From assembly GCA_031408435.1 (NCBI GenBank), contig JANNWM010000047.1, positions 9,349-73,348 on the forward strand: a DNA stretch of 64,000 bases, in the 5' to 3' direction. Below are positions 31,101 to 43,100 of this stretch, piece after piece. A model generated the notes under the pieces. The model did not search any database and was not told the DNA's origin. It was given only the letters and a program-made list of their open reading frames with translations. Both the position numbers and the translations under genes were made by a program. How positions within the stretch are numbered: position 1 is the stretch's first letter; each line of letters starts with the position of its first letter. Source of the DNA: Bacteroidota bacterium. Lineage in GTDB: Bacteria > Bacteroidota > Bacteroidia > Flavobacteriales > Flavobacteriaceae.

Positions 31101-34100
31101 GCACCAGGCACTTATCCGTTTAAAATAAGAGACAGCAAAAGTTGTGAATTTGCAGGAACAGTTACAGTTGGCACATCGGTAGTAATAACTGGTGCAGCAA
31201 GTTTTACTGCGTTTACTTGTACTGCCAATTCGGTTATTACCTTTACCGGAATGCCAGCAAATTCGGTTGCATTAGGTTATGTTTATAGTATTAACGGAGG
31301 AAGCTCTTTTCAATCAAGTCCAGTTTTTGGAACGACGGCTTTGGGTAATCTAGCAGGTACTTATGTTTGTATTATCAAAGAGAGCAATGGTTGTACGAAA
31401 TCCAATACTTTGATTATTCCGCCGTTAAATCCGCCAACCAATATTACATTTGTAGAAACAATCCCTGCAAAATGTACAGCTGTTCCGACACTTACGGCAA
31501 CAGTTCAATTGACTGCGACAGCCCTAAATGCGATTACTAAATACGAAATTACATCTCCAGCTAGTGCCGTTGCTAACAATACAACAGGGCTATTCTCTGG
31601 CTTGTTGGCAGGAACAAATTATACGTTTGTAGTAACCGATTCTAAAAATTGTACTTTTACGAATTTTTATACCATTGCAATACCAACGTCAATAACCGTT
31701 ATAGGTTCGGCAACTAATGTAAAATGTAAAGGAACAAGTACAGGGTCATTATCGTTTACAGTTGGTGGTTTTGGTGCCACCCCCGGAACCTACGATTATA
31801 CAATTACTGGAACAGTAGGAACAACAGCAATTCCAGCAGTAAATAACACAACTGCAACAACCTTAAATTTTGGAACATTAGCAGCTGGCGATTACACAAT
31901 AATTGTAACCAGCGACGCAACAGGTTGTACGGCAACCAAAACACTCAAGATTGCTGCACCAGCAATTGATTTAACAGCATCGAACACGCCAACACCAATT
32001 GGCTGTGGTGTTTCAGGTTTAGTTGCTGGACAAGTCCAATTGAACGGCTTGGACGGTAGCGGAGGATATACATACACATTGACCGCACCAAACGGTGCAG
32101 TTTTAACTGGAACAGCAACAGGCTTTTTCGGAGGTTTAACCCAAGTAGGTGCCTATTTAGGAACAGTTACCGATAGTTTTGGTTGTACTGTACCAACAAA
32201 TTTTTCACTTATTAATCCTGGGACTCCAACAGTAACTGCCAATCCGTTAACATTTTGTTTTAACGGTGGTACTGCCAATGTAGTAATTAATGTTACCAAT
32301 GGTGTTGGACCTTATCAATACAATTTAGACAATGCTGGTTCGCCAACACTTGTATATAACAATATTGTTTTAGATACTTCAAATAATTTTATTTTGCCAG
32401 TTGCAGTCGGTTCGCATGCAATAATTATTCGCGACAGCAATGGTTGTAAATCGGTAACATTACCATTTACAATACAACCACAAGTCGTTTTAAATACGAC
32501 TTTTAAAGATGCAGATTGCTCTGGATTACCAGCGGCGAATATCTCAGGAACAATTACTGGTGGATATTCACCATATAGGTACCAAACAAGTACAGACAAC
32601 GGTGTTACATTTTTACCAGCATTGCCATCGGCAAACGCAGTAGTTGGAACATCATTTTTCTTCAATCCGCCAACACCAACTACCACTGCAGTAACCTATA
32701 TAGTTAGAGTTATCGATGTTAATGGTTGCACAGACGATTCTTTGCCAATAACAATAAACCCAATTGCACCAGTTACAGGTTCTGCTGTTGCCACAAATGC
32801 GACTTGTGGACTTACTAACGGTACAGTTACGATCACTGCTTTGACAGGTTTGGCACCATTTACTTACAAATTTGACTCTTTAGGATTTACAGCGACAACT
32901 CTATATGCAGGCGCAGCAGGAAACCATACTTTTCAAATTAGAGACAGTAAAGGTTGTTTATCGCCAGTTTATCCAATAAATATTCCAACACCAAATGGCG
33001 TTGTAGCAACCGTTACATCAGTAGATTTGTCTTGTAATTCAGGATCTGGAACAATAACTTTTAATGCACCAACTTCTGGAACTGGACCGTTTAGTTATAG
33101 CATAACTGGTGGTGCACCGTTTTTTGGCACCAATGTTTTTGGAACACCAACACCATTAATTCCAGGAACCTATCCTTGTAAAATAAAAGATAGTTTTGGT
33201 TGTGAATTTTTAATAGACACAATTATAATAAATCCAATAAATCCGCCAACCGATATTGCTTTTGGACAAACGAACACAATATGTACTGTTTCAGGAAATT
33301 CGGCTACGGTTACATTAACCGCATCTGCAAACAATGCGATTGTTAAATATGAAACCATTGCCCCATCGTTTGCGATTATTGACAATGGTGCTTCTAATGT
33401 TTTCTTAGGTTTGGCATCAGGCGGTTATACTTTCCAGATTACCGATTCTAAAAATTGCAAAATACTAAGAACATTTGTAGTCAATCCGCCAGTTGCAATT
33501 GCAGTTTCTGGTCAATTGTTAAACGATGTAGCTTGTAAAGGATCGGCGACAGGAAAAATCAGGTTCAATGTTTCGGCATTTACTCCAGGAACATACAGCT
33601 ATTCGGTGGTTAGTACTGTTGGGGCAACAACTATAACTAGTCAAGTTGGTCAAACGGCAACATCATTCGATTTATCGTTTTTATTAGCTGGAACTTATAC
33701 AATAACCGTAACAAGTTCGGCAACAGGCTGTAAAGCCACTGATTTTGTTGAGGTTAAAGAAGCAGGCGTTTTGCTAGATTTTGCTATTACAAACACATTA
33801 TTGCCTTGTGTTGGTGCTGCCTCTATTACAGCAACTGTTGTTGTGGGTTCTGGAATTCCGGGTTATACTTATGTTTTAGACCAACCCACTTTACCAAATA
33901 TTTCTCAAGTTGGTAATGGTGTTTTTACAGGTTTGACCGTTGCAGGAACCTACACACTATTTGTAACAGACGTTGCTGGTTGTACCGTTAGCAAAAGTGT
34001 CACATTGACAACACCAGTTATTCCAATTGTTGCAATCGATAATACTACAACTTGCGTTGGGACATCAGGTACTGCGAGTGTATTAGTAACCATTACTGGT

Positions 34101-37100
34101 TTGAACACACCATTTAAATATTCGCTTGACGGGTCAACTTTTGATGTTGTAACTTCTAATCCTTTTACGATTTCGGTTTCGCCACAAGCATTGCCACACA
34201 CAATTATTGTAAAAGATGTTTTAGAATGTTCGTCTGCAGCCACAACATTTACGGTTAATCCAAAAATGACAATTACATCGGTTTTGACACCTTTAAAATG
34301 TGATAGTTCGGGTGCAACAGTTGCGGCAGTTATTGCTGGAACAGTTACCAATGGTTACCCAGGTTATGGATACCAAGTTTATTATTCTGCTACTTTGCCA
34401 GTATTGCCAATAGTTGCGACTGCATTTTCGCCAGCTGTACCAGTTGCTTTTGCAGCACCCAATTATTCTTTCACAACTGCTAATGGTGACGGATATTATG
34501 TTTTAAGATTTACCGATTCAAGAGGTTGTACTGCCGATTCGAACATTATTCAGGTTTTGCCGTTAATTGCAGTTTCACAAAATCCACCAACGGTTGTCGA
34601 TGTTATTTGCAATGGCGATGCAACAGGATCAATAACAGTTAACCCAACTGGTGGTATTCCGCCTTACAAAGTTGATTTTGGTTCAGGTTTTGGTTCTAGC
34701 TTGTCTTATTCAGGTTTAACAGATGCTAACCCATTGTCCACAGGTACAACTTATAATTATACTATCAAAGATTCAAACGGTTGTTTGTATTTTGGTAGTG
34801 CAACTGTTAAGAATGTTTATGATAAGATAACTGCAACAACAGTAGTAACTCCTCTCTCTTGTGGTGGTGGAACAATTCCAATTGACGGAAGTATTTGTTT
34901 AACAAGTATTACTGGCGGAATTCCACCTTATAAAATTAATTATACAAATCAAAATGGAGATACTGGAGTTCCTATAACCTCTTTAACAGGTGTACCTTCA
35001 GGGCCTATGGATCAATGTTTTTTTGGTTTAGGATTTGGAAATTACTATATTACAATTACTGATAATAACGGTTTGGGTTGTTCAGTTACACTTCCGCCTA
35101 TTTATATTTCTAACACTCCAACTGGGTTGATTACAGCTCAGGTTCCACCTGGACCAATTGATTGCTCGACAGGAGGTTGTTTACAAATAAAGGTTGATGG
35201 TGCAGCTTTAGCATTGTCTCCAACTGCACAATTTTTCTTTGCTATAAATAATGTGAATCCTTATCCAAATTATTTTGTTGGTTCACCTTTCTATTTACCT
35301 GCAACAAATCCAGTTCCATTGACACCTCCTGGAATTAGAGATCCATTGCACGAAGAAATTACTTTTTGTGGATTAACTAGAGGTTTGACCTATAATTTTG
35401 TAGTTTATAGTACCGAAAATAATTGCTATTATCCAGCTCAAGCGACCGTTCCAGTTGGACCATTGTCTCAAATTGAAACAACTACTAAAGTTAAAAACAT
35501 TTCGTGTTTAAGTAATCCTACAAATGATGCATCTGTATCATTTACATTTACTAAAACAGACGCAACCTCGATCTTTTACGAAATTTATAACGCAACTAAT
35601 TATACTGCAACGGGAATTTCTGGTACGGTTAGTCCTTTATCAGGGTTATTGTCAACTGTAAATTCTGTTAATGATTTAAGTTTACTTGGACTTGCTGTAG
35701 GTACTTATTATATTCAGTTTACTGAAACGGGTGGTTCTTTTTCTGGTTGTAAAACTACATCTCCATTATTTACAATCAATGCGCCAAGTGCCCCGCTTGT
35801 TCTTTCAGTCCCAACAAAAACAGATGCCAACTGTAACCCAAATTCAGGAACAATAACAGCATTTGCTTCTGGTGGTTCTGGTGGTTTTCAATACCAATTG
35901 TTTACAGCGGCTGTTGCAGCTGGTTTGCCAACCTATAACCCATCTAATCCTGCTTATATTGCATTTTTAAATACTTTTACATCAAGTACTAATATTTTTA
36001 ATGTAAACACTGGCAACTACTTCGTTTATGTAAAAGATGCAACAGGTTGTGTGCAAAGACAACCAATATTTGTGGATATAACACCAAACCCAACGGTTGT
36101 TTTAAGCACTGTTTCAGATCAATGTACTTCTACTGGGTCAAGTTATAGTTTTACGGCGACAGGTGCTTTTGGTATTGCTCCCTATTCTTATTCTATTGGT
36201 GGCAGTACCGTTGCAACAAGTGCAACAGGGCTTCCTGCGGTAACAATTACTGTTAATAATTCAGGAACATATATTGTAACAATTACTGATGCTAAAGGTT
36301 GTACAGGCACCGCTTCGGTAACTATTTATTCGCCAATTACTTTAACTGCCAATGAGGTTATTGCAACAACTTGTCCAACAAATAACAATGGTCAAATTAA
36401 AGCAACCGCAACAGGTGGTTCAGGAAGTTTTACTTATTCGATTTTTCCAGCTCTTGCAGGATTTCCAAATGCAACTGGTTTGTCAAACAATAATATTACA
36501 GCTGGTGTCAATTATGAAATCACAGCAACAGACAACACAACAGGTTGTGAAAAAAAGTTTAATATTACACTAAATACTGCAATTGTTCCAACTTTTACAC
36601 TAGGTCAAACACCAGTTAATTGTAATGATTCTGCTAACGGAAATATTAATTCTAATGGTACAATTACAGCTACATTATCAGGAGCATTAAACACCGAAGG
36701 TCCTTATACTTATCAAATAGTATTACCATTTTTAGGAACCTTGCAAACAGGTAACAATGTTTTTACTGGTTTGACAGCTCAGTCTTATACTATTAGAGTA
36801 ACTTCTATAAAAGGTTGTTCATTTGATGATAACATTACTGTTCAAGCACCAATATTATTATCTGCATCAGCATCAGTGCCAGCACCATTTGCTTGTACGC
36901 CGACTAACGCCACTAGCACTACATCGTTAACAATTAGTGCGTCGGGTGGAGTAGGAGGCAACAATCCTGCTAATTACACTTATAAAATTGACGGTACAGG
37001 GTTTTTAACAACCAATGTTTTTAACAATATTCCAGACACTGGCGCACCACAACCAATTAACTATTTCGTGAAAGATGCCAATGGTTGTATCGCCACAGGT

Positions 37101-40100
37101 TCGGTAATATTAAACCCACTAACAAGAGTTACGGCAACAGTTGCTCTGCAACCGCTGGGTGCATTGACTTGTACAACAGGCGAACAAGTAATTGTTAATG
37201 CAACAAGTGGTTCAGGAAATTACATTTATGAATTGCAAGGTTCTGGACTTCCGGCAAGTGGAACCAATACATTTTCGTTAACCAATGCAGGAACAACACC
37301 AATTACCTATACTTTTAAAGTTACCGATAACATAACTTCCTGTTCGACAACAGCTACTTATGTGGTTAATCCATTGCCAGTTTTGGTTGTAAATGCCAAT
37401 CAAGTAGCGTTAATAGATTGTAAAGGAGTTTCGTCGGCATCGATTAATTTTACGGTTGCTAATTTCATTGGAACGTACACTTACAATTTATTTAAAGACG
37501 GTGTACTTTATGGTCCATTGTCAACAAGTTCAGGTTCATCGCCAATTCTTATACCGAATTTGCCAGCAGGTAATTACACGGTCAATGTATTCAATGCGCC
37601 ATTGTGCGACAAATCGTCAAACGCGGTTAATGTTACAGAACCATCGTTAGTGACATTGAATTTGGTTGCTAAAGTGCCACAAAACTGTAATAATTTAGCT
37701 CAAGTTACCGTTTCGGCTTCGGGCGGAACACCATTACCAAGTGGTTATTCTTATGCTTATGTTGTTTCGGGTGCTCCAGTTCTAGGTACCGATTTTATAT
37801 ATGGAGCAATTAAATCTTTAGATTTTGCAATAAGCCCAACTTGGGACGTTTATGTTCGAGATTCTAAAGGTTGTATTATTGCAAATCCATTAGTAGTAAT
37901 TATTACTAAAATTGCAGATCCAACAATTGTTTTACCAGCATTTGCCGACAATCAGTGCGATTTATTAGCTACAAGTTTTGTAATAACACCAACAACATTC
38001 ACGGTTGATCCATTGGCTACTCCGCTTTTATATTCTATTGATGGTGTCAATTTCTTTCCTGCGATACCGAATATTCTAATTCCAGCAATTGCGACACTTG
38101 TAACTGTAACGGTTAAAGATAAAAACGGTTGTACTGCAAATGCAACTGTAACAGTATATCCAAAATTAGGAATAGACACTGACATTTTAAAACAACCAAC
38201 ATGTGTACCACTTAACGATGGTCAAATTAAATTTACCGTAAGTGGAGGCTCGGGTAACTTTACTGCTATTCCGCCAACAATTAGCCCATCTGCTGGAGCG
38301 ATATATAATGCTGCAACAAATACTTTTTCTGGATTGACATTCAATCAAGATTATCAAATTACAGCAACCGATGCAACTACAAATTGTACAATTACATCTG
38401 TTGTCGTAAGATTAATCCAACCAGCGTTACCTGATTTTACTACAGATACCAAAAAAGTTACTTGTAATGTAAATGGTATTCCAACCACCGATGGTGAGAT
38501 AAAAGTAAATTTAGTACAGCCAGCATTGGATATTCAATATTCTTATGCAATTACGACTGGTCCAGTTTTATTTGCTGCTCAGGCAAGCAATACGTTTACT
38601 GGTTTGCCAACTGGAAATTATACTATAAGAGTTACATCATCTAAAGGATGTTTCACAGACTTATTTCCAGTTTTTGTGGGTGTTCCAGATGCATTTACTG
38701 CTACAGCTTCTTCAAATGCATTTATTTGTAGCAACAACACACCACAAGTTGCAACGATTACTGTTTTGCCAGTTTTAAATGGAGTCAATCAACTGCCGGT
38801 TGGTTATACTTTCAGTTTGACTGGATCAGTTGGTACTTTTGGAACATCAAATACATTTGAAATTTCAGATACAGGTTCGCCTCAAACATTTAGTAATATA
38901 TCTGTTCAAGACGCCAATGGTTGTATTGCAGTTGCTAATGTTGTAACTATTCAGCCATTGCCAACAATTACTTCGGTTACAGGAGCTCTCGTTACAAGAT
39001 TGTCTTGTGGTTCAGGCGAAGTAATTCAGGTTAATGTTTTGCCAGTGGCACCAGCATTGCCATTGAATTATTATTCATACGAAGTACTTGCAACAGGTCA
39101 AACTAATTTTACAGGTTTGTTTACTTTGCCAAGTTTGTTGCCTGCTACCTATGCTATTAAAGTTACCAATACAATAACAGGTTGTAATTTCACGACCAGT
39201 TATATAGTACAGCCATTGCCAGAATTGAAAGTAACTTTTCCAGCCAAAACAGATATTACGTGCTTCGGAGGTACAGGAAGTTTGACTTTTGCTGTATCTG
39301 GATATTCTGGAGCATACCAATACGAAGTTTTCGAAACAAGTAATTTGGTAACACCAGTACAATCTATTACCGCTGCTAATACTTCTTCGCCTACAATTAC
39401 AGTTTCTAATTTATTGGCAGGTAATTATATAGTAAAAATACAAGAATCTGCAGCACCAGATTGTAGTTTAACATCTGGTTCTATAACTATTGTTCAACCA
39501 ACAGAATTAAAAATTAATTTAGTAAATAATTTGGCTGCATTTTGTACAAGTGGCGGTGCACGAGTAACTGTTATTGGACAAGGCGGTACGCCAGGCTATT
39601 CTTACGTTTTTGTACAAGACAATGTTGTTGTTAACAATGCAACAGTTTTTGGCTTATCAGCATCGGTACTTTTAGACCCAGCTTTGAACCTAAACTGGGA
39701 TGTTTATGTAAAAGATGCCAACGGTTGTATTTCGGCTAAACTTGATGTAGCAATTACTAAAACCGATGATCCAATATTGACATTGCCGTTATTTGCTGAT
39801 AACAAATGTGTTACATCTGGTAGTAATTATTTAATAACTGCAACTGCTATTGGTTCTGGAACATTGACTTATTTAATTGGCAACAATGTAGTTACTAACC
39901 CAATAACAGTGCCTATTCCGACTGCAATTAACGATTTAGAAATTACAGTTAAAGACGCAAATGGTTGTATTGATAGAGAAATAATAAGACTGTATCCTGC
40001 GCTTGTGTTTACAGCAGGTATTACGACTTATGCAAACTGTATTCCTGCAGGTGCAACGCCAACTGGTGTAATAACTATGACGCCACTAGGTGGTTCTGGA

Positions 40101-43100
40101 AACTTAGTTGTTAGTTTGTCGCCACTTACACCTTCTGCAACGGCTGTTATTACTGGAAATGTAATTTCTGCAATTGCACCTGGAACATATACAATTGTTT
40201 TAACCGACACTACAACAAATTGCACCAGAGAAGTTGATGTTATTATGCCAACTCCTACGCCAGTAACTCTAGATCCAATTTCGAAATCAGATGCAACTTG
40301 CTTTGGCGGAACTAACGGTACAATAACTGTTAATTTATCAACATTGCCAAACGGAGCCAACAACGATCCAGTTTATCAATATGCTATTATTTCTAGTACT
40401 AACCCTTTAACACCAATTAGACCAAACCAAACTAACAAAACTTTTTTAGACTTGGCTGCTGGCGATTATGTTATAGAAGTTACCTCACTAAAAGGTTGCA
40501 AATTGACACAACCAGTAACTATAGGTCAACCAAATGAAATTGTGGTCAACGTGCCAACAGTTCAACAGTTTGCATGTACCACGACCAATATAGGTAATTT
40601 TGCATCGATTACGGTTAACCCAATTACTGGTGTAACTGGTGGTGCATCTATTTATACGATTTATGAATTCTCGAATGCATCTGGAATTGTACAATCAGGT
40701 ACTAGTAATTTTATAAATATTATTAATTTGGCTGGCGGAACATATACTGTAAAAGTATTTGATATTAAAGGTTGCTCTGGTGTTTCTGCACCAATTGTTA
40801 TTGCACCATTCATAAAAATAGATGATGCAACGGTTACAGTACCAACACCAATTACTTGTTCTAGTTTAACAGAAAACATTCAAGTAAATGTTCCAGTTAT
40901 TTTACCGACAGGAATAACTACACCACCAACATTGACTTATGTAATTAATGGTGTTTTTAGTACGGTTTATACAGCAACGAACAACAGCGGTGCATTTAAC
41001 AATTTACCAATAGGTCAATACCAAATAACCATAACTACGACCACGCCAAACACAGGTTGTTTTGTTAAAGTAAACCATACGGTTGTTGACCCACGAGTTT
41101 ATCAAGCTATTGTCAAAGATATTAAACCAGTGGCTTGTCATGGTGACAGTACAGGTTCGGCAACCATCTACATGATTAACAGCACTGTTTTTGATACTCC
41201 AGTTGGCAACAATTTAGTTGGACCGTTTACTTGTATTATTAAAGATGCATTAGGCAACCAAGTTGGTGCAACATTAACATCGACTGGTTTAGGTTCTGTT
41301 ACCGCAACAGGTTTGCCAAAAGGTATTTATACAGCAGAATTGGTATTAAACGGTAATTCTTGCCCAGCAACATTTGACTTTGGAATATCTGAACCAGAAT
41401 TTTCGCTTAGTGTTACGGCAGTCAAAGGTTCAGAAGTTGGTTGTTCGCCTAAAACAGGTTCTATTTTGGTAACAGTCTCTGGAGGAACACAATTTACAGA
41501 CGGAATAAATCCTCCTTATTTGGTTAATTTAATCAATACAACAAATCCTGGAAATCCCGGTCCATTTCTAGGGAACGCAACTAGTTTAGAAGCAGGAAAT
41601 TATCAAGTATTTGTTACCGATGCCAATGGCTGTACTGACAATTCTAGATTTGTATTGTTGCAAGATCCATTGCCAATTACCTATACTGTCGCACCATCTA
41701 CTCAAACATTGGCTTGTATCGGTGATGATACAACAATAAATATTACGCTCGCTGGTATTTCTGGCGGTACAGGCACAAATTATACATTTACATTATTTAA
41801 TGCTGTTGCTCCAGGAGACCAAAAACTCGACGGACCAACATCTGCCACGACATTTTATGATGTTGCTGCGGGAACTTATAATGTAGTTATCGAGGATGGT
41901 TTTGGTTGTAAATCTCAGTTTGGACCCTATACAGTATTAAACCCAACCGAAATCGCACCAACACTAACCATTCAAACTCCAGCCAGATGTAACGTTCAAG
42001 CTATTCTTGAGTTGGGTGCAACTGGTGGTACTGGGCCATATACTTACAGCTCTGACGGTGGGCTTACTTATTCAACAACGCCTTTTGCAACATCGGTATT
42101 AATTACAACTCTTGCCAATCAACTAAACTACAGTTATATAGTTAAAGATTTTAATGGTTGTAAAATATCAACAGGAATAATTACGCCACCAGCTTTTGAT
42201 CCTATAACTTTGAAAACAGCTTTGACAAGAAACATAACTTGTTTTGGAGGTAACGATGGTAAAATTAGTGTTACTGCACAAGGCGGTTACGATATTGATT
42301 ATTCTTATAGTATTGCAACAGCAACTAATCCAAGTGTACTAATAGCACCTGTAAATACAACGGGCATATTTGATAACCTTCCTTTTGGCAATTACTTGAT
42401 AACAGTTACATCGACAAACAGTTGTCCAGTACTACCATTTCCATTCACTTTGACACAACCATTAGAATTTATTGTAAAAGTTACACCAAAAACGGTTAAA
42501 TGTTTTAGTGATACCAACGGAGAATTAGTGCTAGAAATTCAAAATGCAATTGGTAATTTGCAATATGCAATATCTAGTATTACCGATCCAACAACCGCTA
42601 ATCAGTTTGTCAACATTCCGCCAAGTGCTATTATTAAATTATCGTCTAACCCAGATGTATTTGGTATTAGATATGTAATTTCAGGACTGGCACCAAACAG
42701 TTATTTCTTAGAAGTAAAAGATGCAGCAAATTGTCCATTCAATCGGGGAATTTCATTCGTTGTTTCAGAACCTTCCGAATTAATTTCAAAAGCTACTGAT
42801 GCTTCAATTTTACAAGAAGAACTATGTAAATTTGACGCCAATGCAAGTTTCAGTATCAAAATTTCTGGTGGGACATCACCTTACACAGTCAGTTTAGACA
42901 ATGCAGGAACAGGTACTTATTTTGTTACCAATGATGGTTTTGTTATTAATCCGCCTGCAGGTGGTTTGCCAGCAATAACTGTTTATTCGCATATTTTCTC
43001 TGGATTAGTTGGCGGTGTTCACAAGGTTTATGTTGTCGATGCAAATGGTTGTAGAGTAAGTTACGATATAACTTTAGGTTTGCCAGTATTCATAAACCCT

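Noticed and set aside
34740-36900. Apparent shift to more A/T-ending codons in mid sprB, suggesting mosaic origin
   Set aside because: This is a visual impression only and needs a sliding-window GC3 calculation.
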